Assembly: GCA_964035545.1 (NCBI GenBank)
Contig: OZ037768.1
Coordinates: 13,959,675 to 14,023,674, forward strand
Origin: Bugula neritina
Lineage: Eukaryota; Animalia; Bryozoa
Direction: 5' to 3'
Length of the DNA: 64,000 bases
The notes beneath the pieces were generated by a model. That model was not told where the DNA came from. It saw only the letters and a list, made by a program, of their open reading frames with translations, and ran no database searches. Below are positions 1-11,833 of this stretch, piece by piece; within the stretch, counting starts at the first letter, position 1, and the number at the start of each line of letters is the position of its first letter. The position numbers were made by a program, and so were the translations under genes.

Positions 1-317
1 GTCAGGCGAGCCTGAACAAGACCAATCTTCGGCTAATATTGAAAATGCAACTTCTACTTTATTTAAAAAAACCACGTGGTCACTCAGAACAACAAACTCG
101 ATGTACATACTTGCATTATGCGTGTCGGTGTACACTGTGATTTTATATCATCGGAATAATTATTGTAATAAACATTGCGTTGTTGAAAATAATTTACTGT
201 TCCAGCACCAATACTTATTATAGAAAACTTTAGCGATGTAAATCAAATTTAAGATTTGAGTTTTTGATTAATGGTTACGTAAAAGTAAAAGTAAAGACAG
301 CTCTAACTTTAGTAGAT

Positions 318-389
318 CTATTAGTATTAGTATTACATTTACTATTAGTATTACTGTATTACTATTAGTATTAGTATTAGTATTAGTAT
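318..389. repeat. (AGTATT)n-like low-complexity tract; resumes after the Gypsy element (11994-12270, 13600-13880)
   Basis: Directly visible repeats of tattag/tattac on both sides of the inserted elements. Confidence 0.8.
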
Positions 390-695
390 TGTGGTGGCTC
401 GTGGAGCTACCAGCAACACAATACGCAAGGTTGCGTATTGACCCGGAACAATGTATTAGCCAATTAGCTAGGCTGTTTTATGAGTAATAGTAGCAGCTTC
501 GCGCTACTAGCTCAGTTGAGGATAGTGCTGTAAATTAAATAGACGTGCGTATCATTACTGTTGTACATTAGATTTTATTATGTATTCTTGTATTAAAATA
601 TAACAATATCTACTCGACTTAACCCGGTGAAGTTTCTCTAGTGATAAATAGACTCTCTTGGTGGCACATCGACCATAAAACTGAAAATTACAACA
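390..695 (+). repeat. 5' LTR (306 bp)
   Basis: TGTGGTGGCTC...TTACAACA; matches 7507-7652 + 11834-11993 with 2 substitutions seen. Confidence 0.97.
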
Positions 696-696
696 G

Positions 697-714
697 TGGT
701 GGCAGCGGTGGGAT
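697..714 (+). other. Primer-binding site complementary to the tRNA-Leu 3' end
   Basis: TGGTGGCAGCGGTGGGAT = reverse complement of ATCCCACCGCTGCCA-CCA (tRNA-Leu AAG/TAG acceptor end), 1 nt after the LTR. Confidence 0.9.
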
Positions 715-728
715 AGTGTACATCAAAG

Positions 729-1595
729 ATGGAGACTGAAAATGCTAGAATGCAACCACCCCCAGTAGAAGGTGAGCGTAGAAATGCTATTAATCCTGTG
801 AATCGTGAGGGAGAAGAAGCTTATAGATATTGCTTGAAAGCTCCCACCTTTACTGGGTCGGAAGATGTCGAACAATTTATACAAGAATTTAGAGAGGTAA
901 TGGAGATTGCTCAATGGCCGCACAGAGTGGCCCTTATCCAACTGCGGAGAGCGGTGACGGAACAAGCCAAGCCATACGGAGTGGGAACGGACGTAAACGG
1001 GATACTAGCTGCGCTGCGGGCCCGTTTTGGCATCTCCGCAATAGACGCTAGGACCAAGTTAGAAAGATTGTGCCGCACCCCGCGGACCCCGCTGCAAGAA
1101 CATGCCGCGACGGTGAAGAAGCTGGCGCAGATTGCGTATAGCGATCTGCCAACACAACACCAAGAGTGTTACACCTATGACGCCTTTGTCCAGTCACTAA
1201 ACGACCTGGGCCTACAACATCAACTACGAGCTAAAGGGATAACCAGAATAGAGGATGCCCTGAAGGCTGGAGAAGCTTACCTGTTGGCTACCCAAATGCA
1301 TCGAGCACAACGGAACCCACCAGTAGTTGGAGTCAGCGCTGCCAGGGCTACGACAGGTCCCGAAGCCCTCCCGCTGGAAGCCGAAGTGGACCGTATGGTA
1401 GAGATGCTGGGACAACTGGTAACCATTCTGGCCGGTGCTGGCCCCGGTCAGGCCCTGCGGGTGCCCCCAACGCCTGTGGGGCAGGGCTGGAGTGGCGCTG
1501 GTCAGGACCAGGGACAGAAAGGACGACCCCAATACCAGGGGGCGTTAAACTGTCACGGGCCGCAGACACTCTCCCTCCCCGCGGGCCGCAACTGA
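729..1595 (+). CDS. gag: Gag (288 aa, intact ORF)
   Basis: First ORF after PBS; capsid-like segment APTFTGSEDVEQFIQEF...W...ALIQLRRAV; no CCHC knuckle seen. Confidence 0.85.
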   Translation: METENARMQPPPVEGERRNAINPVNREGEEAYRYCLKAPTFTGSEDVEQFIQEFREVMEIAQWPHRVALIQLRRAVTEQAKPYGVGTDVNGILAALRARFGISAIDARTKLERLCRTPRTPLQEHAATVKKLAQIAYSDLPTQHQECYTYDAFVQSLNDLGLQHQLRAKGITRIEDALKAGEAYLLATQMHRAQRNPPVVGVSAARATTGPEALPLEAEVDRMVEMLGQLVTILAGAGPGQALRVPPTPVGQGWSGAGQDQGQKGRPQYQGALNCHGPQTLSLPAGRN

Positions 1596-4500
1596 AGGAG
1601 TATGGTGGGACACGCCGTCGTCTGTCCGTACGGACACGACGGAACACTCCACCTGAGTGGCAGGTACCACGCAGGACTAGTAGGCCCGCACAACGGCCGA
1701 GTACCTTCTCCCTGCCACTCGCTAACCGGTTCCACCGGTTACCTCGGGAAGAGGAGCCCGCCACTGAAATGGAGCCAAAAGGCCCAGTGGAGAGTCCCAA
1801 ACCCCGCCGGCACCAACCTCGCCGCCGGAAACCCCGTAAACCACGGGTGAAACCCCCGCCGTCCTGTCAATCCAGGACAGCACATGCGGGGGGGGTGAAA
1901 GTACAACCACATGGAGAGAGCTATTTCCTACCCGGAAAGGTGGCCGGCAACGCCGTCACTTTCCTGCTCGACTCCGGTTGTACTACCAACCTTCTCAGTC
2001 GTAGAGTCTTTGAGGCAATGCCCCGCCGGGACAGGGATAGAGTACAACCGTATACTGGGGAACATGGCACCCTGGCAGACGGGTCATGTATTCCCTTTTA
2101 TGGTATTATCGAGCTCCCTGGGCGTGTCCGAGACCAGGCTGTACAGGAGACCTTTGTCATAGGCCAACTGGAGGAAGATGCTATCCTCGGAATGCCCTTC
2201 TTGAAGCAACACCAGTGCCGAATAGACTTTAGTAAGTCGGTGGTGCTGATGGGCGGGCGAGAACTCGCCTGTGTGGATAAGTTTGGGCGTCCTCTGGTGG
2301 GCGGTGTTCAGGTAGTTCGAAACTGCACCGTGCCCGGACGCTCCAGAGCTACTATTCACTGCCGAGTGAACAGCAACCGGATAGCCAGGCTCGGGGTCGT
2401 TGAAGGCGCGCACGAAAGGATCCAACTCGCCAGTAGTTTAAACCGACTAACTGAGCGAGGGGAGGTCTTAGTGCAGTGTGTCAACCCCTTTACCGAGCCC
2501 ATTCAGCTCCCAGCTGGGTCAATGCTGGGCCGGTTCCATTCCGTCCAGGAAGAGGACGTGGGCCCGTCGCTGGGTGACGCGACGGAGGCACCCCTCGACA
2601 CCCTATTCAGGGACGAGGGGCAGTCCCAACACATCTCCGGGAGTTATACAAAACAGCCAGTGGCGGCTGCGCGAGCAACAAGGAACGCCAAGCCATGGCG
2701 AAGTTGCTACGCGACTACGGTGATGTGTTCAGTAGCGGAGATCATGACGTGGGGCTGACTGGAGTTGTCAGACACGATATACCGCTGACTGCAGGGACAG
2801 TCCCTGTCCGGCAGCCCACACGCAGGCTGGGGCCGGAAAAAGAGAAGGAAGTTAGCCGACAACTACGGGATCTTCTGGACCGGGGACTGATAGAGCCCGC
2901 CCATAGTGCGTAGAGCTCGCCAGTCGTACTGGTCCGGAAGAAAGACGGCAGTTGGCGGTTCTGTGTGGATTACCGCAAACTCAATAGCGTAACCATACAG
3001 GACGCTTACCCTCTATCTCGTATTGACGAGTCATTGGACGCCCTAGCCGGCAGCAAGTACTTCAGTACGTTAGACTTGCTAAGCGGCTATTGGCAAGTTC
3101 CTCTGAGTCCCGACGCCCAGGAGAAAGCGGCGTTTATCACACGGGACGGTTTGTGGAAATGGAAGGTGCTGCCCTTCGGGTTAACCTCCGCCCCAGCCAC
3201 CTTTCAGAGGCTGATGGAACAAGTCCTTAGCGGACTCCATTGGAAAACACTGCTGGTCTACCTCGATGATGTCATCGTAATCTCTCCAGACTTCGAGACA
3301 CATGTCAGTCGTCTGCAGGAGGTTTTCGATAGACTCCGAGGTGCCGGTCTTAAGCTCAAACCTTCCAAGTGCGCTCTATTGCAGCCGGAGGTCAAGTACC
3401 TGGGGCACACGTCGGTCGAAACGGCGTGGCAACGGATCCCGAAAAGGTACGGGCGGTAGAAGACTGGGTCACCCCCCAAGACTTGACCGGACTCCGGGCT
3501 TTCTTGGGGCTGGTAGGGTATTACAGGCAATACATACCGGACTTTGCGGGCATAGCCCAGCCGTTAAACCGGCTCACCGCAAAAGGAGTGACGTGGCAGT
3601 GGACCCCAGTCGAACAAGGAGCGTTCGACCGCCTCAAGGGCTGCCTACTAACGGCGCCCATCTTGGCCTACCCAGACCCCACTCTGGAGTACATCCTCGA
3701 CACGGACGCCAGTGACCACAATGTTGGCGCTGTGCTGTCACAAGTGCAGGAAGGCCGAGAGGTAGTAGTAGCCTACTACAGCAAGTCTCTCTCACCCGCT
3801 GAACGAAATTACTGCATTACCCGCAAGGAGCTGCTGGCAGTAATCAAGTCAGTGAAGCACTTCAGACCATACCTGTACGGCAGGAAGTTCCGGCTGCGTA
3901 CAGATCATGCCTCGCTGATCTGGTTGTGCAAGAGAGCAGAGCCCTCTAGTCAGGTCGCCCGGTGGCTCGAAATCCTAGCTGAATTCTCGTACCGGATCGA
4001 ACATCGACCGGGCAAGAGACACAGCAATGCGGATGGGTTGAGCCGCCGGCCTGACAGAGGTTGCAAACAGTGTCTCAACATCGAGAGGAGGGATGGAGGT
4101 CCCCCGCGATGCGAGTTGGAGACGCTGGCTCACCACGGAGCACCGTTTGACTGGGACCAGGGTCAACTCAGACAAAGAGTTGATGAGTCCCCGGAGGGTG
4201 TACAAAACCTCCGCGCCAACCCTGTACTGGCCGGTAATGTTCGAGAGCTGAAGAAGCTCCAAGAAGAGCTGCCTGGAGTCGTGGCAGACATATACCGGGC
4301 CAAAAAGGAAGGGCGACGACCCAGCGAGGAACGCATACGACAGGGATGCGCCGAGTTCCGGCTATACTGTCAGCGTTGGGACTCGCTGCGGATCGGGCAG
4401 GATGGGTTACTAACCATCTCTCTAGCCGCCAGCGGCAGACACCCGGAGATGAAGAGGGTAGTCTGCCCCACGGCCATCCGCCGCGAGTTGATTTGGGATA

Positions 4501-6149
4501 CTCACAAACAGGCCCACGCAGGGGTCAAGCGAGTGATGTCCAAATTACGACTCCGGTGGTATTGGCCACAAATGGAGCGTGACGTCCGGCTCAGAGTCAA
4601 ACAGTGTGAGATCTGCCAGGCCAGTAAGCATAGCCGCCCCCCTGGTGAAGCAGGACGGCGGAGGCTATATGCTGGTAGGCCCTGGCAAGTAGTCGCTGTA
4701 GACCTGGTCGGACCCATGCCCCTGACCCCCAGAGGCAATAATTGGATCCTAGTACTAACCGACCACTTTACTAGGTGGGCAGATGCTCTGGCTATCCCAG
4801 ATGCATCAGCCCCAACAGTGGCCAGGGCACTAGACCAACATGTATTCTGTTATTTTGGGCTCCCCGAACAGATACACTCTGATCAAGGCGCTCAATTCCA
4901 GTCTCAACTGATGAGCGACCTTTGCCACCTATGGGGAGTAAATCAGAGCAGGACCACCCCCTACCACCCTCAAGGTAACGGGGTGGTGGAGCGCAACAAC
5001 CGGATGCTAGGTGATGCACTCCGGAGTCAAGAGGAATGGGATACGGTGTTGCCGCAAGTCATGCGTGCATACCGTAGCACCCCACACACCAGTACTGGTG
5101 AGACCCCAAACCTCTTGATGCTCGGGAGAGAGACTCGTGTCCCTGACCATCTCACCTATCACGTTCCAGAGCAAGACAACTCGGTTCACGAGTATGCCAG
5201 TGAACTAGTGGAACGGATGAAGGCCGCACACGATATACTGCGCGAACGGCAGTGGAAGGTGCGGCACGAAGATTCCAATGAACCACCTCTCTATCAAACG
5301 GGAGATAAGGTGTGGATGGTCAATTACCGTAGGCGTCGCGGACAGGCTGATAAACTGAAGCCTAAGTTCGTAGGAGCCTACGTGGTCGTCGAGGCTATGC
5401 CCAATCATACGTACAAGATTGAGCGCTCAGGACAGGTGTCTATCCAGAATGAGTCTCGCTTGAAACCGTATTGGGCTAGCCCCGACGGAGTGGGAGAAGC
5501 CCCCCCGTTGTTAGAGCCCAGGAGGCAGACAACAACGCGCGGGCGACGGCGGCATGGACCTGAATACGAAGTGGTCATACCGCGGGAAGAAAACTTGGTG
5601 AGAGAGGAGCGGCAGCTTTTGTCAACAGAAGCGTGTCCGCCACCGCCAAGTCTAATTCCATCACTTCCAGAAACCGAGCCGGTTCCGGAAGTGCAAACCC
5701 CCACGGAGGGAGGGGCTCCATCCGGAGAACAAGAAGAAGTGACCGCTAACGGTGAAGTAGAGATGCCATTAGAGGCCCCTACTAACGAACCGGCGAGTGT
5801 GTCACCCCCCCTAGAGCGGGGGCAGCGTACGAGGAAACCCCCACCATATTTAAAAGACTTCGTATGTGACTGCATTAGAAGCGGCGCACATGAAAGTCTA
5901 AGGGAAAACCGTACGATAAAATGTTGGAGTTGTGAACCCCACGCAAATATCAACTTTTGCGAGGGCGGAATAGTGGGAGGAATTAATGCGCGTAAAGCAA
6001 ATAGTTCCGACCTCGTGCCTCAGAAACGATGCTCAGCCTTTTCTTATGCTGACATCGCCAAAGGCAGACGTATCTCACAACCAGCTCCAATCTTACCAAG
6101 AACGTTGAGTATGGACATTAATACCGAGTTCCCAGGTAAGCCAGTATAA
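1544..6149 (+). pseudogene. pol: Pol polyprotein (protease, RT, RNase H, integrase), disrupted
   Basis: FLLDSGC protease; RT DYRKLN, LPFGL, VYLDD; RH DTDAS, TDH; IN H-H-C-C plus AVDLVGP/SDQG/GVVER. Frameshifts near 2600 and 3410, TAG at 2911-2913 replacing W. Confidence 0.93.
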
Positions 6150-6166
6150 GTCTTGTATTCCTATTC

Positions 6167-7240
6167 ATGGAAACGGGCTCGATGCCAGTAAATTCTGAAC
6201 TAATTCAGCAGAGTGAATCAGAATTACTGGGAACCACGTTTCATGTGAATGACGATGAAGACACTGTAATGGCCGACGGTCTGTTAGACCTGGAGCTAGA
6301 CACTGTTCTTGGTCAGTCCACACATGATTCATCGGTTCCTCGAGTGCATTCCAAAAGCTGTGACTCTCAGGCTAGCAACAGTCGACAGTCACTAGAATTA
6401 CGTTGTAAAGATCCACCGCGATCTAACAATAATTCTACTTTTGTAGACACACTCGCGCCCATCTCTCCGGGCATGCCTTCTCTAGAGATGGCGTGGGACC
6501 CAGAGCCGGCCCCAACAACTTCTACAACCAGGCAACTGCCACCCTAGTTGGAAGCAACCTCCAACTGGATTACCCCTGCCACAGAGAGAGAGATTAGGAC
6601 TCATCAAGGAGGTGAGAGTAATCGCGAATGCAACCTCTGCCAGCAGCGATTTACAACCCACCGCAGACTGAAAGTACACTTGCCGCAACATTACATCACC
6701 ACTTTCTGCCCTTGCGGAGAATATAGCTACAATCGTGATTACCTACTGCGTCACCAACGTACTATGCAGTGTTATCAAGGACACGTCTATGAAGTAGACG
6801 AATCATCCTATCCTGCCTTTCTCAACGCCATCAAACCACTCATCACTGACCCAGCTCGGCTATCTCGCCTGGAGCAAGGCTTCCCTTCCCCGCGACCCAT
6901 CATCTCTGGAGCCGCAGATAAACCTATACAGTCTACTAACTCTCCACCTCACAGTCCTCTACGCATACCGCATACCTTTCCTCGTGTCGTACTACAGAGG
7001 GTAGACACGAATGCGTATACACTCCCTCCTCCCCTTCCATCCTCAGAGCGGAAAAGACACAGACAGCCGACTTCCTCTCGCTCGTCCCCCTGGGCCCGCA
7101 ACCTACGTGAAGTAGAAGCTAGGGCACACGACTTGGAGCAAGAAGTGTACAGACTGGCCCCGCGGGTGCAGGCTGCATCCAGTGAACTCAAATATTTACA
7201 GGAGTCTAATAAACGCATGAAGCGTGCGGCCCGCAGTTAA
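6167..7240 (+). pseudogene. Extra ORF3 of the Gypsy element: acidic N-terminus, C2H2 zinc fingers, C-terminal coiled coil; one in-frame TAG at 6545-6547
   Basis: ORFs 6167-6547 and 6548-7240 are in the same frame; CNLCQQRFTTHRRLKVHLPQH and CPCGEYSYNRDYLLRHQRTMQC; heptad-like LREVEARAHDLEQEVYRL. Confidence 0.75.
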
Positions 7241-7495
7241 CTTGAGTCTATCCATACTACTCTTCCCCTACCTCTCTGTGGCATTCCCTACCGTTATGGT
7301 GGCACGTACTCTACATGTAGATAGGACCTTCTCTTACTTATTACATATTGTGCACGTTTTATATATACCTGTATATTTTATCGGTTGTTTGTTTTTTTGT
7401 ATATACTGTTATACTGTTCTCTCCCCCCCCCCCACAACGAAGTATACGTTTTTTTTATGTGAATTTTATTTTTATCAGAAAGAGAGCTTTCTGCT

Positions 7496-7506
7496 GGAGG
7501 GGGCAG
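7496..7506 (+). other. Polypurine tract
   Basis: GGAGGGGGCAG immediately 5' of the 3' LTR. Confidence 0.8.
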
Positions 7507-7652
7507 TGTGGTGGCTCGTGGAGCTACCAGCAACACAATACGCAAGGTTGCGTATTGACCCGGAACAATGTATTAGCCAATTAGCTAGGCTGTTTTATGA
7601 GTAATAGTAGCAGCTTCGCGCTACTAGCTCAGTTGAGGATAGTGCTGTAAAT
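7507..7652 (+). repeat. 3' LTR, left part
   Basis: Matches 390-535 up to GCTGTAAAT. Confidence 0.95.
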
Positions 7653-8732
7653 AGACCATGTAAAACTCAGCCAATCAGCGAAGTGTACCAGGTCAATGTC
7701 TTACCATTATAACTGATATAAAATTCTGCAAGTTCAATTGCAAAATGCATGCTTCTAAAAGCTTGTTGTGCAACTTTTTTTTCATGCATTATTTAATTTC
7801 ATATCTTAAATTGATGGCTCTTGAAATGAATTTTTAAAATGTCTAGATTAAGTGTTTATAAAATGCAATTAAAAATTTCATGTCTAGAAAAATGACCTGG
7901 TACACTTTTGCAACTTAAGGCCAATTATTACATAACTGCCAGCTTAGTAGTTATTTGTTGTTGCAGCTTGAATGGGTTATTGTTTAGCATTGGAAGCTTG
8001 CAGTAAACATCTGTGAATTTGGTACATGACTTTGATTGGCTGGTTTTTGAATTGCCCTTTAGTATATGCATCTGGATGGCTTGACTTAGTGTAGACTCCG
8101 CCTACATCTAGCTAATTTACAGTAGCCAATCCACAGTAGTATTACAAAATTTCTGTTAAACAAATGAAATATTCTGGTCATTTGTCTTGTATTTTACAAT
8201 AGTAAATATTCTATTCAACTAGAATTTTATTGTATGTGAGCCATGCATGGGAACTACTAAGAGGTTAAATCAACCACCCATGCTAGTAATATTGTAGCTC
8301 GCAGTAATAGCAAGTCCACACCATATAAATATACACATAAGCTATTATGTGCAGCTTATGAATGCTGAAATGACCCCATTTCATACCTTCAATTTGAAAA
8401 AAATTGTATTACATATTCTGCCACTTCTGCACCAGGAACTTGTTTTCCTTTTAAATTTTGAAAATAGTGGTCAGTTTCTGCAGCAGTCAACATCCACAAT
8501 AAACAACGTAAGCTTTCAAATAAACTATAAATATATGAAATATTAGTGTGGAAACAATGTAATTTATTCATTGCTATGATGAAAAATTATAAGAATATTA
8601 TATAAAAGCTAGATATAGATTTCTAGTAAAATGGCACAGGTAAAAATAACACATTTTTACTTCAAATTCTAAATTTCATCAGTCACCAATGGTGGCTGTA
8701 GATTACAGAGAGCACAGCAAACTATCATAATC
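7653..8732. repeat. Left inverted arm (1,080 bp)
   Basis: Reverse complement of 10752-11831; ORF track shows mirrored identical ORFs (8349+/10938-, 8389-/10913+). Confidence 0.95.
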
Positions 8733-10745
8733 TTGTCTATCTAATAGAGGTGCCAACACCAAGTTCACACCTCCAGGACCATTTAAAATATTGAACTCCT
8801 TTATTCTTTTGATTGCTCTTTTGACATGGATTCGAAGGTTAACAATCAACTTTGTTTGCAGTAACTGCATTTTAGTCATTTGCAAATGGCCTCTTTTCCC
8901 AGGTGGTATGGCCAACTTGGCTCCAGCGCCTATAAGTTCTTTTTCAATAAGAAAGCCTCTATCTGCCATAACCACATCACCTGGGTTTATGAAGTCTAAG
9001 AACCCAGAGTCATTCACTACACACTTGTCTTAGGCTCTACCTCCCATTCCATGCGAAATAAAGCAAATAGTGCCCTTGGGTGTAATTGCAACCAAATAAT
9101 TGATGGTGTTGGTCTTTTTATACTCACTCCATGTTAAAGATTGAGCCAGCTTTGATTGAGGCTTACAAATTAATATTTCTGTGCAGTCTATAATGCACCT
9201 AATGTTAGCATATTGGCTTTGAAAGCTCAGAGGAATGTTCAGCTTCTCTCTTGTTGGAAAAACTATTAGATTGTTTAGTTCTCCTGCTAAAATATCTAAT
9301 GTGTCTTTGAAGGTTTTGCTTGCTAGCAATTTAGAGATATAAAAAAGGCCAGCAAGCATTTGAAACTGTAAATCTTGACGCAGCTTCATCAAAGCCAATA
9401 AAAGTTTATCTTGTCCTGTTAACTTTTTTTTCTGAAAGTGAGAACTTTCATCTTCGGACATATAAATCTAAATATAGTAAACAAAGAATGAAAATTAAAT
9501 TATGATTCAAATTATAATGTATGTGCTAAATAAATTTTGTGCTTAGTTTGTATTCATTCAGCAGTTTTTACCCTTTGGTAAGTAGCTTCAGTTATATTTT
9601 GCAAGAACTATGAAGTTCAAGAACTGCTAGTTGAAGGCTTGACCCAATATATCACCATCCAAACAGAATGTAATGTGTGTCAACATGTGTTACATAATAC
9701 TGTAACAGTACATAATAAGCTAGTTGTATGAATACATCCTTTGAATGAAGTCATGAGTTTAAACAAATACGATTGACAAACAATTATTACTTCATTTTAT
9801 AATTATACTATAACTAATTCAAACCCATATTATTTCTAGAATAGCATTTAATAATGTTTGTGAATAAGTGAAACTAGTAACAAGTGTAAACCATTTCAGT
9901 TTTAAACACTGAGTTAGTTTCAGCTAAAAATTAGATTAGGAGGCCACTTTTGATAAGCTTTAAAATAGCCAAGGAAAATTTAAGTCAAAACAATTTACTT
10001 TTCCTGGAGAAAGTGAGTCAATTTGTCCACAAATAAAAGACTGCTGCTTGTTTAAATAAAACCCTAAACTAAATAAATCAAAGCATGCAGATGACCACTG
10101 TGGTATTTATGAATATCTTACATAAAACAACATCCTTAATAAGAAATGTATGAATGATACACTCATACTGCAACAAATTTAAGTAAAATGACAGTTTTAC
10201 TACACATCAAATTTAATTAATGTACAAATTTTAGCATAGTGAGACTTGCATTGTTTATTTGTAATAAACCATAGTCTATCTTTGCAATAAGAAAATCATA
10301 ATTTTTACCTTGCTAAAAAATAGGATAGAGAACGTGTAGGAATTCCAGTATAGAATTTAGTTCGCTCATCTGTAGTGGTGAAAGTTTTAAAAACTTTTAC
10401 TTTTTCAATAGTTGCTTTTTGTTTAAACGTGGAACTTTTTGAGCCTTTTCTTCCAACTTTTGATTTTCGTCTATCAATAGAATGTGCAGATCTTTTTTTC
10501 TGAGTAGTTGATGATTCTGGTAACTCAGTTACTTCTGATGAAGTCTGACTATGAGGATGGCTGTCAGATGAGTTCTGTTGCTCTATATCAGCTGACTCTG
10601 TTGAAGACGTTTTCTGTTCGCTTCTTTCACATGTTTCATTAAAACCACTGTTTTTTTGTGCTTCTTACATTATATGCTTTAGTGCATTGGTAACCCAAAT
10701 GAAGGGTTGGGGTTGGATTTTGCTCAGTGGGCTGACCATCCTTAT
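8669..10745 (-). pseudogene. THAP-HTH-DDE transposase pseudogene (DDE_Tnp_4 type), with a probable intron ~9468-10308
   Basis: THAP tail DGQPTEQNPTPTLHLGY, KFYTGIP, LLLALMKLR (HTH), IIDCTE, GGRA*D, ADRGF, RIHVKRAI (catalytic E appears as K), C-terminal IMIVCCALCNLQPPLV after a 4-bp frameshift. Confidence 0.88.
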
Positions 10746-10751
10746 GATTAT

Positions 10752-11831
10752 GATTATGATAGTCTGCTGTGCTCTCTGTAATCTACAGCCACCATTGGTG
10801 ACTGATGAAATTTAGAATTTGAAGTAAAAATGTGTTATTTTTACCTGTGCCATTTTACTAGAAATCTATATCTAGCTTTTATATAATATTCTTATAATTT
10901 TTCATCATAGCAATGAATAAATTACATTGTTTCCACACTAATATTTCATATATTTATAGTTTATTTGAAAGCTTACGTTGTTTATTGTGGATGTTGACTG
11001 CTGCAGAAACTGACCACTATTTTCAAAATTTAAAAGGAAAACAAGTTCCTGGTGCAGAAGTGGCAGAATATGTAATACAATTTTTTTCAAATTGAAGGTA
11101 TGAAATGGGGTCATTTCAGCATTCATAAGCTGCACATAATAGCTTATGTGTATATTTATATGGTGTGGACTTGCTATTACTGCGAGCTACAATATTACTA
11201 GCATGGGTGGTTGATTTAACCTCTTAGTAGTTCCCATGCATGGCTCACATACAATAAAATTCTAGTTGAATAGAATATTTACTATTGTAAAATACAAGAC
11301 AAATGACCAGAATATTTCATTTGTTTAACAGAAATTTTGTAATACTACTGTGGATTGGCTACTGTAAATTAGCTAGATGTAGGCGGAGTCTACACTAAGT
11401 CAAGCCATCCAGATGCATATACTAAAGGGCAATTCAAAAACCAGCCAATCAAAGTCATGTACCAAATTCACAGATGTTTACTGCAAGCTTCCAATGCTAA
11501 ACAATAACCCATTCAAGCTGCAACAACAAATAACTACTAAGCTGGCAGTTATGTAATAATTGGCCTTAAGTTGCAAAAGTGTACCAGGTCATTTTTCTAG
11601 ACATGAAATTTTTAATTGCATTTTATAAACACTTAATCTAGACATTTTAAAAGATCATTTCAAGAGTCATCAATTTAAGATATGAAATTAAATAATGCAT
11701 GAAAAAAAAGTTGCACAACTAGCTTTTAGAAGCATGCATTTTGCAATTGAACTTGCAGAATTTTATATCAGTTACAATGGTAAGACGTTGACCTGGTACA
11801 CTTCGCTGATTGGCTGAGTTTTACATGGTCT
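10752..11831. repeat. Right inverted arm (1,080 bp)
   Basis: Reverse complement of 7653-8732. Confidence 0.95.
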
Positions 11832-11833
11832 AT

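Larger units (their letters stand above)
7653..11831 (-). mobile_element. ISL2EU-like (PHIS/Harbinger-related) DNA transposon, fold-back derivative with ~1,080-bp inverted arms
   Basis: Termini AGACCATG...CATGGTCT; comparison with the uninterrupted 5' LTR gives a 2-bp AT TSD (7651-52 / 11832-33), as described for ISL2EU; internal DDE transposase remnant. Confidence 0.88.

Noticed and set aside
2-223. Open + frame with a hydrophobic stretch (SMYILALCVSVYTVILY) at the window edge
   Set aside because: No start, splice site or recognisable homology visible within the window
1224-5953. Multiple antisense and alternate-frame ORFs over the Gypsy element
   Set aside because: Shadow ORFs of GC-rich gag-pol with no motifs
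8349-11135. Twin 65-aa and 60-aa ORFs
   Set aside because: Mirror artefacts of the inverted arms in non-coding AT-rich DNA
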